From: Mobula hypostoma
Taxonomy: Eukaryota
Assembly (NCBI RefSeq): GCF_963921235.1
Contig: NW_026948199.1
Location: 62,001 to 126,000 of the forward strand
Direction: 5' to 3'
DNA: 64,000 nucleotides
Shown here piece by piece: positions 36,082 through 49,100 of this stretch; position 1 is the first letter of the stretch, and every line of letters starts with the position of its first letter. The position numbers were made by a program, and so were the translations under genes. The notes below the pieces were generated by a model. That model saw only the letters and a program-made list of their open reading frames with translations. It was not told the origin of the DNA and searched no databases.

Positions 36082-37250
36082 TGTCAGGTCTGAGGACTGG
36101 AGGGTGGGCTTGAGCAAAGAGACGGACAGGATGAGGGCGGACGAGAGATTGGGAGTGAAAGGCAGCAAGGAACAGAAGGGGAGGAGGGACAGGGGTTCAG
36201 GGTAGGGAGGTTGGGCTGCTCGAGGAAGATGGGGTGAAGGGATGTGAGATGTTCAGGGAGGAGGGGGGAGAGACTGGAGACTGTGTGTGGGGAAAAGTGG
36301 AAATGGAGAGATGGGGGATCAGGGGCTGGGGAAGATGCCCAGGGAGGAGGGTTAGCAGGGAATGGGGAGACAATTCTGATTAGGAATGGGGTAGGGAGGA
36401 GAGAACGGGGACAAGGTGTGGGGGGGAAGGGGTGAGATGCTCATCGAGGAGGGGGTAGGATAAATGGCAATGGGAATGTCTGGGGAGGAGAGAGTGCAGG
36501 AGGTGCGTGAAGAGCCACAGGGTGGTGAGTCTGTGGAATTCGTTGCCACAGACAGCTGTGGAGGCCAAGTCACTGGGTGTATTTGAAGCAGAGGTTGATG
36601 GGTTCTTGATTGGCCAGGGAGTCAAAGGTTATGGGGAGAAGGGAGGAGAATGGGATTGAGAGGGAAAATATATCACCCATGATGGAACATGAAGCAGACT
36701 CGATGGGCCGAATGGCCTAATCTGCTCCTGTGTCTTACAGTTGTGTGGTCGTCATTCTCGTGGGTGGGTGGGAGAGATGGCTGGGGAGGAGGAGCGAAGA
36801 TGCCAGTGTGGGAGGACGGACATACGGCAGGGAGAGGGGGGAACAGGACTGGGGAGGAAGAGAGCAGGTGGCAGAAAGGTCACCACCCCGAGGGGTGTTG
36901 TGGACTGAACTGGCCCCCACCCCCACCCTATCTCCTCATCAACATGACTACCCAACCCAGCACCCCTCTCTCTTCCCTCCCCGTCAACCCCACCCAGAAC
37001 TCTGCCCCTTTCCCTCACCCCCACCCACAGCCCCCAAATCACCACCGAGAAACCCCAGCACCCACACCACCACCCAGCCTCTCTACACTCTCCTAAGCCC
37101 CATCGTTCCTCCCAACCAGTCCCCCTGCACTCTTCTGCCCTCAGTCACAGCAACCCCAGCACCCACACCACCACCTAACTCTCCTGCTCCCCCTCAGATT
37201 CTGTCACCCCCGCCTCTTCCTCCCTCGACACCCCTCACACCACCACCCAC

Positions 37251-37438
37251 CTGCCGCCAACTGGCTGCTGCCCCTCCGGCCTCTGTGGCTCGGCCAGTGG
37301 CGGCCGCAGCACATTCTGATTGGCCAGCAGGTCGACCTTCGCCCTCAGGCACTTGCATTTGTCCTCCATGGAGTTGAGGTCAGCCTCAATGGCATCCAGG
37401 CGCAGGCAGAGGGTCTTGCTGGCAGAGTAGAGGAGGGC
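37251..37438 (-). CDS. BANP: BANP-like gene, coding exon 3 (coiled coil)
   Basis: CCCCTAG|GCC acceptor and AG|GTGGGT donor, 188 nt. ALLYSASKTLCLRLDAIEADLNSMEDKCKCLRAKVDLL aligns with recalled BANP SFLYSINQTICLRLDSIEAKLQALEATCKSLEEKLDLV. Confidence 0.88.
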
Positions 37439-38235
37439 CTAGGGGATGGAATTGGGGGGGGGGTGGGAGAAGTGAGATGAAGGAAGGAGAGGGAGAGAGA
37501 TTGGTGCTGAGTTAAGCAAGGAGAGACCAAGTCAGCTGACAGGCGGCTGGCCTCACCATGAACTTTGACCCCAGAGTCCGTGTGTGTCACCTTTCACTGT
37601 GAGGCAGAGAGGATCGAAACAGGCCCTTCAGCCCATCATATCTATACCGACCAGCGTGCCCCATCCACACAAACCACACTTGCCTGCATCAATTCGATAT
37701 CCCTTTGCACCCTGTTCAGTCAAACACCCACCTGACGTCTCAGAAATATTGTTAGTGTTCCTGCCTCCACCACCTCCTCTGGCAGCTCATTCCGGATCCC
37801 AACAACTGCATGAGGAATTTATGCATCAAATCTCATTAAAGTTCCCCTCTCTCACATCAAACCTATGCTCCCTTGTTTAGGCACCCTTACTACGGGAAGC
37901 AGACACTTTTCTCTTTACACTTCTTGTGATATTATACGTAACCCATAATAAGGTTTTGTCCCTCCTGGAAAAACAGTCCCAGCCCTCCAATCCTGGTAAT
38001 ATCCCTGTTGATCTTTTCTGCACCCTTTCCCAGTTTTTATAAAGCCCTTCGTGAAGCCGGGGGACCAGGACTGCATACAGTACTCCAGGTGGGGCCTGTC
38101 GGTGGTGTGGACCTTTCATGCATGTGGGATTGATCGTTGACTGTGAACTTGGCCAATACAAGAGAGCATCCTTGTTAAGGTCAGCGCTGGAAAGTTTCGG
38201 AGAGATTCCAGAGAGTGTTAAGAGGTTTTTTTTGA

Positions 38236-41200
38236 CACAGAGCGTTCGCCGCCTACGAGACAGAGTGTGTTCGCCGCCTACGGCAACACAGAGAACGTCC
38301 GCCGCCTACGGCGACACAGAGAGCGTCCGCCGCCTACCGCGACACACGTTCGCCACCTGCAGCGACACGGAGAGCATCCGCTGCCTACCGCGACACACGT
38401 TCGCCGCCTACAACGACACGGAGAGCGTCCGCCGCCTACCGTGACACACGTTCGCCGCCTACGGCGACACAGAGAGCGTCCGCCGCCTACCGCGACACAC
38501 GTTCGCCACCTGCAGCGACACGGAGAGCATCCGCTGCCTACCGCGACACACGTTCGCCGCCTGCAGCGACACGGAGAGCATCCGCTGCCTACCGCGACAC
38601 ACGTTCGCTGCCTACAACGACACGGAGAGCGTCCGCCGCCTACCATGACACACGTTCGCCGCCTACAACGACACGGAGAGCATCCGCTGCCTACCGCGAC
38701 ACACGTTCGCCGCCTGCAGCGACACGGAGAGCATCCGCTGCCTACCGCGACACACGTTCGCCGCCTACAACGACACAGAGAGCGTCCGCCGCCTACCACG
38801 ACACAGATTCGCTGCCTACAACGACACGGAGAGCGTCCGCCGCCTACCACGACACACATTCGCCGCCTACAGCAACACGGAGAGCGTCCGCCGCCTACAG
38901 CGACACGGAGAGCGTCCGCCGCCTACAGCGACACACGCTCGCCGCCTACAGCGACACGGAGAGCGTCCGCCGCCTACCGTGACACACGCTCGCCGCCTAC
39001 AACGACACGGAGAGCGTCCGCCGCCTACCACGACACAGATTCGCTGCCTACAACGACACGGAGAGCGTCCGCTGCCTACCACGACACACATTCGCCGCCT
39101 ACAGCTACACGGAGAGGGTCAGCCGCCTACAGCGACACGGAGAGCGTCCGCCGCCTACAGCGACACACGCTCGCCGCCTACAGCGACACGGAGAGCGTCC
39201 GCCGCCTACCGTGACACACGCTCGCCGCCTACAACGACACGGAGAGCGTCCGCCACCTACCGCGACACACGTTCGCCGCCTACAACGACACGGAGAGCGT
39301 CCGCCGCCTACCACGACACACATTCGCCGCCTACAGCGACACGGAGAGCGTCCGCCGCCTACAGCGACACACGCTCGCCGCCTACAGCGACACGGAGAGC
39401 GTCCGTCGCCTACCGTGACACACGCTCGCCGCCTACAACGACATGGAGAGCGTCCGCCACCTACCGCGACACACTTTCGCCGCCTACAGCGACACGGAGA
39501 GTGTCCGCCGCCTACTGTGACACACGTTCGCCACCTACAGCGACACGGAGAGCGTCCGCCGCCTACCGTGACACACGCTCGCCGCCTACAACGACACGGA
39601 GAGCGTCCGCCACCTACCGCGACACACGTTCGCCGCCTACAGCGACACGGAGAGTGTCCGCCGCCTACTGTGACACACGTTCGCCGCCTACAACGACACG
39701 GAGAGCGTCCGCCGCCTACCGCGACACACGTTCGCCGCCTACAGCGACACGGAGAGCGTCCGCCACCTACAGCGACACACGTTCGCCGCCTACAGCGACA
39801 CGGAGAGTGTCCGCCGCCTACCGCGACACACGTTCGCCGCCTACAGCGACACGGAGAGCGTCCGCCACCTACAGCGACACACGTTCGCCGCCTACAGTGA
39901 CACGGAGAGCGTCCGCCGCCTACCACGACACAGATTCGCCGCCTACAATGACACGGAGAGCGTCCGCCGCCTACCACGACACACATTCGCCGCCTACAGC
40001 AACACGGAGAGCGTCCGCCGCCTACAGCGACACGGAGAGCGTCCGCCGCCTACAGCGACACGGAGAGCGTCCGCCGCCTACAGCGACACACGCTCGCCGC
40101 CTACAGCGACACGGAGAGCGTCCGCCGCCTACCGTGACACACGCTCGCCGCCTACAACGACACGGAGAGCGTCCGCCGCCTACCACGACACAGATTCGCT
40201 GCCTACAACGACACGGAGAGCGTCCGCCGCCTACCACGACACACATTCGCCGCCTACAGCTACACGGAGAGCGTCCGCCGCCTACAGCGACACGGAGAGC
40301 GTCCGCCGCCTACAGCGACACACGCTCGCCGCCTACAGCGACACGGAGAGCGTCCGCCGCCTACCGTGACACACGCTCGCCGCCTACAACGACACGGAGA
40401 GCGTCCGCCACCTACCGCGACACACGTTCGCCGCCTACAGCGACACGGAGAGTGTCCGCCACCTACCGCGACACACGTTCGCCGCCTACAGCGACACGGA
40501 GAGTGTCCGCCACCTACCGCGACACACGTTCGCCGCCTACAACGACACGGAGAGCGTCCGCCGCCTACCACGACACAGATTCGCCGCCTACAACGACACG
40601 GAGAGCGTCCGCCGCCTACCACGACACACATTCGCCGCCTACAGCGACACGGAGAGCGTCCGCCGCCTACAGCGACACACGCTCGCCGCCTACAGCGACA
40701 CGGAGAGCGTCCGCCGCCTACCGTGACACACGCTCGCCACCTACAACGACATGGAGAGCGTCCGCCACCTACCGCGACACACTTTCGCCGCCTACAGCGA
40801 CACGGAGAGTGTCCGCCGCCTACTGTGACACACGTTCGCCACCTACAGCGACACGGAGAGCGTCCGCCGCCTACCGTGACACACGCTCGCCGCCTACAAC
40901 GACACGGAGAGCGTCCGCCACCTACCACGACACACGTTCGCCGCCTACAGCGACACGGAGAGTGTCCGCCGCCTACCGTGACACACGTTCGCCGCCTACA
41001 ACGACACGGAGAGCGTCCGCCGCCTACCGCGACACACGTTCGCCGCCTACAGCGACACGGAGAGCGTCCGCCACCTACAGCGACACACGTTCGCCGCCTA
41101 CAGCGACACGGAGAGTGTCCGCCGCCTACCGCGACACACGTTCGCCGCCTACAGCGACACGGAGAGCGTCCGCCACCTACAGCGACACACGTTCGCCGCC

Positions 41201-42125
41201 TACAGTGACACGGAGAGCGTCCGCCGCCTACCACGACACACATTCGCCGCCTACCGCGACACGGAGAGCGTCCGCCACCTACCGCGACACACATTCGCCG
41301 CCTACAGCGACACGGAGAGTGTCCGCCGCCTACCGCGACACACGTTCGCCGCCTACAACGACACGGAGAGCGTCCGCCGCCTACCACGACACAGATTCGC
41401 CGCCTACAACGACACGGAGAGCGTCCGCCGCCTACCACGACACACATTCGCCGCCTACAGCAACACGGAGAGCGTCCGCCGCCTACAGCGACACGGAGAG
41501 CGTCCGCCGCCTACAGCGACACACGCTCGCCGCCTACAGCGACACGGAGAGCGTCCGCCGCCTACCGTGACACACGCTCGCCGCCTACAACGACACGGAG
41601 AGCGTCCACCACCTACCGCGACACACGTTCGCCGCCTACAGCGACACGGAGAGTGTCCGCCGCCTACTGTGACACACGTTCGCCGCCTACAGCGACACGG
41701 AGAGCGTCCGCCGCCTACCGTGACACACGCTCGCCGCCTACAACGACACGGAGAGCGTCCGCCACCTACCGCGACACACGTTCGCCGCCTACAGCGACAC
41801 GGAGAGTGTCCGCCGCCTACTGTGACACACGTTCGCCGCCTACAACGACACGGAGAGCGTCCGCCGCCTACCGCGACACACGTTCGCCGCCTACAGTGAC
41901 ACGGAGAGCGTCCGCCGCCTACCACGACACACATTCGCCGCCTACCGCGACACACATTCGCCGCCTACAGCGACACGGAGAGCGTCCGCCGCCTACAGCG
42001 ACACACGTTCGCCGCCTACAGCGACACACGTCCGCCGCCTACAACGACACACGTTCGCCGCCTACAGCGACACACGTCCGCCGCCTACAGCGGCACGAAG
42101 AGCACTCGCCGCCTACAGCGAGACA
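38236..42125. repeat. ~3.9-kb CpG-rich minisatellite of 28-bp and 23-bp units (51-bp dimer), intronic
   Basis: Units GACACGGAGAGCGTCCGCCGCCTACAGC and GACACACGTTCGCCGCCTACAGC, with variants. Confidence 0.97.
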
Positions 42126-44098
42126 GAGAGCGTTTGCTGCACTGCGGGGGTGGAGGTGAAGGTTGATAAGCAAGCGCCGTTACAAAGACCCGACAGTGCC
42201 TCCACATTCTTTGAAGTTTGCTCAGAATCGACATCCCACCAAAGCCCTTGCCAACCTTCTACAGATGTACAATGAAGAGTATCCTAAGTGGTTGCATCAG
42301 AACCTACAGAAACACTGGTGCTCAGAAATGGAGAGTGGTGGACACAGCCCAGTCCATTACAAGCCATTGAGTCCACTTACAAGGAATGATGCCAGAAGAA
42401 AGCAGCATCCATCACCAAGACCCCCACCAACATCGGGCAGGAGCTACAGGAGCCTTGGGTCCCACACCACCAGGTTCAAGGACAGTTGTTACCCTACAAC
42501 CATCAGGCTCCTGAACCAGCGTGGGTAACTTCACTCACAACCGCCCCGAACTGATTCTACCATCTGCAGACTCACTTTCAGTCACTTCTTTACAACTGAT
42601 ATTCTCAGTACTTTTGTCTTTGCACAGTTTTGCACATCGATTTGTCCGCCTTTGATTACGTATAGTTCCTTCTAAATTCTATGCTATTTCTTTCCTTCCC
42701 TGTAAATGCATCTGAAAGCAGTAGACGGTAACGTATGCATACTTTGATAATAAGCTTACTTTGAGCAATAGGGACTCAGGTGGATGTAAGTAAAATGGAG
42801 GGTTTGGACTGTCAGATTGATCATGGAGGAGGTTTGTATTGGTCCACACAACATCATGGGCTGAAGGGACCCTCCTGTTCTGTGTAAACTTCATCGGGGG
42901 GGGGGGTCAGTGACATTGAACCTTGACCCCAGGGGTACACAGCTCAGTGTAAACTTTGACCCTAAGGCAGGAAGGAACACCTCTCGCCCTAGGCTTTGAT
43001 CCTGACGGTGTGAACTGAAATGTGCTGGAGGCCGAAGGAGACAATCTGCCCTGGGGTTAGAGGGCTGCTTATGTGCGTGGGTCGGTGGGGAGGGGAAGGC
43101 CTTGCTGTCGCTGCTCGGTACGTTCAGTTTTGTTGTGTTCAGCGTCATTCTGGACGTGCTACGCCAGCAGCGAAACGCATGGCGATGTTTGTGGGCTGCC
43201 CCCAACGTACAGTATTTCACTCTATGTTCCGAAGTACACGTGATAAATAGATCTGAATCCGAACTCCCGCGTTTAACCAGAACGTTTCGGTCTACTTGAG
43301 GAACTGTGACCTGCCCGGGAAGCAACCTGGAGTGCTTCCATCTCTGCCACTGAAGAGGCAGAGAGGGTTCGGGGAGGGAATTCGGCACCAACGAGCCTTG
43401 GCCCAGCGGATGAAGGGAAAGGCCTCCTACTGAGTTCAAGGAGCAGAGAGATCGGGGGTGACGAGAGTTCCTCAGAGGGCGAGGCAGCTATCAGTGAAAC
43501 AATTGCAATGGACACAATCATTTGTCCCCAGTTAGGCTGGCAGGGTTTGCTCTCCCAGACTACAGAGAGTACCAGGGCAGATCTCATTGAAAATCCTCCC
43601 GGGTGGTCATATTGAGGAATATCTGATCGGCGGGGGAGGTTTGGACGGTTTCCCCTGACCGGGGTCACCATCCCAGAATAAGGGGTCATGCAGGGGGCGG
43701 GGAGGGGATGTGATTAAGGTGAACCTCTGGAATTCGCCCCAGCCCCAGAGGGAGGTCAGCCGCTGAGTTTTGGGCCTGAAGGGAAGATTGGGAGTCGGGG
43801 TTAGTGCAGGGAAGAGGTGGCGAGGTTTCCTCAGAGCCAGGGGTGCTGGTTGGGTGGTCACAAGGAAGACAGTGATGGTGATGGGATTCAGAGAGCCCAC
43901 GCAGTTTAGGATGAAGCCCATAGAAGTTGACGAGTAGAAATCACACCAGGAGTCTTATTCCCCCAAGATTCTCATGAAGAGTCAGAAAATCCAGTGCTTG
44001 ACACCCCTCCACTGGTGTCCTGAGTAACCCGGGTACAACAGCTGCTTTTAAGGGGAACGTACGCCAGCCGCACACTTGGGACTGGCTCTTCCCCATAC

Positions 44099-44211
44099 CT
44101 GAATGCTATCCTCTCCTTCCTCGGTCTCTACTTGTGACACCTCCACTCTGCGGCGTTTCCCACTGGGACTGGAACCGTCCCGATCATCTGTGTGGGAGCT
44201 TTGCTGGCTAC
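44099..44211 (-). CDS. BANP: BANP-like gene, coding exon 2 (NLS-like KRRR)
   Basis: CCCCCACAG|GT acceptor and CAG|GTATGG donor, 113 nt. ..SPSGKRRRVEV..EDSIQ resembles BANP PALKRQRLEI..DPSIK. Confidence 0.85.
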
Positions 44212-44649
44212 CTGTGGGGGTGAGAGGAGATGGTGACTGTCGAGGCAGGATCTGAGGGAAATCAGAACACAGTCCTGGTGAAGTCAGCAGCGATTTACAA
44301 TGTACAGGCAAATACATACTGGTATTTATAGATCTCTGCAGATTCTATTCAATATCCAGACTTTAACCTCTAACTTCATTTTTATATAATTATTTATCCT
44401 TCATAAGGAATTATATAAAAGATGAAGATAGGCATTAAATTACAGACATACTCGAACATTGTTTTTCATTGTATTCCACACCCTGACAAACACACCACAG
44501 TAAATTCCTAATCCTTCACCCCGGGTGGACATTACCATCCATATGGGAAAAGGCTAGCGAAGTGGACTGACAGAAAATGGTCTGGAACTAGCGTCATGTT
44601 CAATGGGAAGAGAAGGGATCAAACGGCGATGTGCACAGCAGGAGGGAAT

Positions 44650-45850
44650 AGGAAAGGGTGGGGTCCCTTTGGGATTGTGTTCGTTGGGAGTGAATGGAAA
44701 GGGGTGGCGTCCATTGGGATTGTGGACGGTGGGAGTGAATGGAAAGGGATGGGGTCCTTTGGGATTGTGTACGGTGGGAGTGAATGGGAAGGAGTGGGGT
44801 CCATTGGGATTGTGTATAGTGGGAGTGAATGGGAAGGGATGATCCATTGGGATTGTGTATAGTGGGAGTGAATGGGAAGGGATGGGGTCCATTGGGATTG
44901 TGTATGGTGGGAGTGAATGGGAAGGGATGGAGTCCATTGGGATTGTGTATGGTGGCAGTGAATGGGAAGGGGTGGGGTCCATTGGGATTGTGTACAGTGG
45001 GAGTGAAGGGGAAGGAATGATCCATTGGGATTGTGTACAGTGGGAGTGAATGGGAAGGAGTGATCCATTGGGATTGTGTACGGTGGGAGTGAATGGGAAG
45101 GGGTGGGGTCCATTGGGATTGTGTATAGTGGGAGTGAATGGGAAGGAGTGGCGTCCATTGGGATTGTGGACGGTGGGAGTGAATGGGAAGGAGTGGGGTC
45201 CATTGGGATTGTGTATGGTGGGAGTGAATGGGAAGGGATGGGGTCCATTGGGATTGTGTACGGTGGGAGTGAATGGGAAGGGATGGGGTCCATTGGGATT
45301 GTGTATAGTGGGAGTGAATGGGAAGGGATGGGGTCCATTGGGATTGTGTATAGTGGGAGTGAATGGGAAGGGATGGGTCCCATTGGGATTGTGTATAGTG
45401 GGAGTGAATGGGAAGGGATGGGTCCCATTGGGATTGTGTATAGTGGGAGTGAACGGGAAGGGGTGATCCATTGGGATTGTGTATGGTGGGAGTGAATGGG
45501 AAGGAGTGGCGTCCATTGGGATTGTGGACGGTGGGAGTGAATGGGAAGGAGTGGGGTCCATTGGGATTGTGTATGGTGGGAGTGAATGGGAAGGGATGGG
45601 GTCCATTGGGATTGTGTACGGTGGGAGTGAATGGGAAGGGATGGGGTCCATTGGGATTGTGTATAGTGGGAGTGAATGGGAAGGGATGGGGTCCATTGGG
45701 ATTGTGTATGGTGGGAGTGAATGGGAAGGGATGGGGTCCATTGGGATTGTGTACGGTGGGAGTGAATGGGAAGGGATGGGTCCCATTGGAGTTGTATAAG
45801 GTGAGAGTGAATGGGAAGGGATGGGGTTCATTGGGATTCTGTACGGTGGG
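44650..45850. repeat. G-rich minisatellite, 45-bp unit (43-bp variants), about 27 copies
   Basis: Unit CCATTGGGATTGTGTA(T/C)(A/G)GTGGGAGTGAATGGGAAGGGATGGGGT. Confidence 0.97.
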
Positions 45851-46524
45851 GAAAGATCGGGAAGGTGGGGGTCTGTTAGGACAGTGAATGGCCTGTGTGT
45901 ACGTGAGCACAGCCAGGTCTCTTTGACAGAGTAAATCTGGGCCCCTGTGCCAAATGCCCAGTCAGCACTGTCTAATCTCCTTTCTGCATGCTTATGGCCC
46001 TTCCCTCTGCCGCAAGATAAAATGGGTCGCTTGTCCTTTCTCAGCAAAAGCAGAAAAACGAAGTGTCAGCTGATATAGTCCTCCCGGGCTATCCAAGGTG
46101 CGAAGGGCAAATACAGATAAGATGTTTCTACACCAGCTGAAGGGCGTCATAAACAGCAGATAATCATTTAATAAAGGGTGTCTGGGAGCTCAGAAACCGC
46201 TGTGTTGCCCAGAGAGCAGCAAGAATGTGAAACCTGGCTCACAAAGTTTGCATTGACGGTTTTAAGCAAGGGTGGGGTGGGGGGAGGCTGACTCCACTCT
46301 CCATAAACACAAAATCAAAAACTGCATATGCTGCAAACCAACTCATCAATGAGGGAGGGGGTGCACCCTAAACTCTGAGGGGAGGGCAAAGGTTAGAGTT
46401 GCAGCCAACAACCTTTTGCACCGTTTCTCGACGGCTGCTTTATGAAACAGTGCTGTTCCTACACCAGGGAGCAGCCACCATCTCCTTCCCCACCTATCTC
46501 CGGAATCCCCTCCCTCCCCACCAG

Positions 46525-46790
46525 CTCTGGTGACCTGGACTCGATCCCCAACCTCAGGCGGGATTGGGTGGAGTCTGCACGTTCTCCCCGTGGCCCCAGA
46601 GGCTCCACCTCACTCCCACGACCCAGGGAAGCACCGGTCAGTGGGTCAGCAGCTCAGTGTGTGGGTGGGAGGCGGAATCTGGGGCAGGGGGTAATGCAAT
46701 GAGGTCAGCATTGGATTAGTGTAACTGTGTGGTTGATAGCACAGACTCAATGGGTTGAAGGGTCTCGGCCTGTGCTGGTCGGGTTTGTGA
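46525..46790 (+). mobile_element. Degenerate HE1/V-SINE-like element
   Basis: GTGGAGTCTGCACGTTCTCCCCGTG V-domain-like core and a CR1-type tail GACTCAATGGGTTGAAGGG. Similar remnants at ~50110-50365, ~51535-51700, ~59490-59705 and ~60210-60300. Confidence 0.6.
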
Positions 46791-47470
46791 CTCCCTTCTG
46801 AAAGTTACAGTTTAATCCAGATTCACTCCTCCTCTCGCTGCCGTGCACCCAGACCGCAACCAGTGTTTGAATGGGGTCTGCTTGAATGTCACCACTGGGA
46901 CTTCACCCCCCTGAAGTAACGGACAGGAGATGAACAAAACCGGGAGGGGTGTCGATAAGGTGGGTGGTCTCGGTATTCCCCCCCCCCCAGGGTAGGGGAG
47001 TCTAAAGCTAGAGTCCGGGGGAGAGATTTCCACACAGGGTGGAGGGAGCTGCTGGGAGATGTGGTGCAGGAGGATACAATGACTACATGTACAAGGCATT
47101 TGGACAGGTTCATGGATAGAGGGTTACAGGGAGAAATACAGGCAGACGGGATGAGTGCGGGGGTGGGGGCGGTTACTTGGTCAGTATGGACCAGTTGGGC
47201 TGAAGGGCCCGTTTGTACATTGCACAACTCTGCAGCTCCATCTCTCTGCGTTCTTAAGTCGTACCACAACGATTGCAGCCTCCACCCCCACTAGTCCCCC
47301 CTCCGACATACCACCCCCCTCTCGCCACTCAGGACCCTCCCGCACTCCGAAAGCATCAGCCCCTCTCTGCATCTGTGTCGTCGGCTGGGCCACTAGGCCA
47401 AGGGGAGGGGAGCCCCGTCAGACTGGCCGGGGTGTGGTGGGGGGAGAGAGGGAGACCGTACAGCACGTAC

Positions 47471-47537
47471 CGTCGGGGTCTGATGCAAATTGCCGCACTG
47501 CGATCTCCACCATCTCTGCGAGCGGTTGCTCTGCCAT
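47471..47537 (-). CDS. BANP: BANP-like gene, first coding exon (whole exon 47580-47471, ATG at 47537)
   Basis: Acceptor TTCTGTCTGCCGCAG|, Kozak GACATGG, donor G|GTACGT. MAEQPLAEMVEIAVRQFASDPD resembles BANP MSEHDLADVVQIAVEDLSPDHP. Confidence 0.85.
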
Positions 47538-48534
47538 GTCGGGGCTGGGGGTTCGGACTCGCTGCACAGGAGGATCCAGGCTGCGGCAGACAGAACGAGG
47601 ATAAGCCGGGAAACCAGTTCCTCCAGACTTCCTTCCCTCACCCACCCCACAGAACCACACCGGGTTCATCTTCCCTTCTCCCGCTCCCATCCCCATCCCT
47701 CTCCAATATATCCAGTGACCTGCCATCCCACAGAGAAAATCATTTCTCTGCCCCCATCTTGAAAACAGCGTCTCCCCGCCCCCCCCGGATCTAAATTCCA
47801 TCTCCCCCAGCAGGGGAAAACACCATCTCAGCTCTCCCCCATTAAGCCTGGCCACAGAATCAATAAGATCTCTCTCATTCCCCAGTGAGAGCCTGCCCAA
47901 CCTTTCCCAGTAAGGGAGGCCCTCTCCCCCGAGCTACAGACCCAGTGAACCCTCCCTGCATCAGCCCCAGTGCTTGAGACTCCCTTCAGAAATGTACAAC
48001 GCAGCACCGTGCACAAGTCCCCAGTGCGACCGCACTGACAGCCCGTAAGTGAGGGAACAGGATTGCCCGGAGAGTCAGCGGGAACTCAGTGGGCCGAATA
48101 GCCTCCTATGCTGGCAGAAATTATGAAAAATGCACGAGCAGGAACAATGTGGGGGTCACACTCAGGACGAGGAATGGGGAAAAATTCCTCCTGCCGTAAC
48201 CCCCCCTTACACAGGGAGGTAAAACCCCACCTGGGAGAATTGAGTGCTGTGCTGGTCACCACACTATAGACAAGGAGGGATTGCAAAGGAGATTCCCCAA
48301 AGGGTTGCCTGAATTGGCAGCCTTTGATTATGGGGAAAGATTGGATGGGCTGGGACCGGTCCCTGGAGTGAAGAAGGCCTTAGCGTAGAAGAACACTTTA
48401 ACAGGTTGCATCACTGTCTGGTACGGAGGGGCCAATACACAGGATCGGGGGAAAAAAAGCTGCAGAGGAATGCAAACTCAGACAGCTCCGTCACGGGCAC
48501 TAGCCTCCCGAGCTCCGCGGACACCTTCAAAAGT

Positions 48535-49100
48535 GGTGAAAAAGGCACAACAGCACCTCTTTCACCTCAAGCTGTTGAAGAAGTTTGGTGTGGGCCTCCA
48601 AATCCTAAGAACTTTCTACAGGGGCACAACTGAGAGCATCCTGACTGGCTGCATCAGTGCCTGGTATGGGAACTGTACTTCCCTCAATCGCAGGACTCTG
48701 CAGAGAGTGGTGTGGACAGCCCAGCGCATCTGTAGTTGTGAACTTCCCATGATTCAGGACATTTTCAAGGACAGGTGTGTACAAAGGGGCTGCAGGACCA
48801 TTGGGGACCCAAGTCACCCCAACCACAAACTGTTCCAGTTGCTACCATCCGGGAAATGGTACCGCAGCATTAAAGCCAGGACCAACAGGCTCCAGGACAA
48901 CTTCTTCCACCAGGCCATCAGACTGATTAATTCACGCTGACACAACTGTATTTCTGAGCTATATTGACTGTACTGTTGTACATAATATTTATTTTAAATT
49001 TCTATAAATTGCACATTGCACATTTAAACGGAGACGTAACATAACGATTTTTACTCCTTATGTATACGAAGGATCTAATTAATAAAATAAATTCAATTCA
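48535..49100 (+). mobile_element. Rex1/Babar LINE 3' fragment nested in an older Rex fragment (48405-49340)
   Basis: VVKKAQQHLFHL..FYRGTTESILTGCISAWYGNC..LLPSGKWYRSIKARTNRLQDNFF; tail (ATTCA)n. Confidence 0.85.

Noticed and set aside
38236-42125. CRISPR-like appearance of regularly spaced repeats
   Set aside because: No unique spacers and no cas genes, in a vertebrate context. It is a two-unit minisatellite.
38267-42159. Long ORFs (up to 863 aa) in several frames on both strands
   Set aside because: Produced by the stop-poor 51-bp repeat dimer. There are no domains or splice context, and they lie within an intron.
44554-46047. 497-aa and 436-aa repeat ORFs
   Set aside because: Artefacts of the 45-bp minisatellite.
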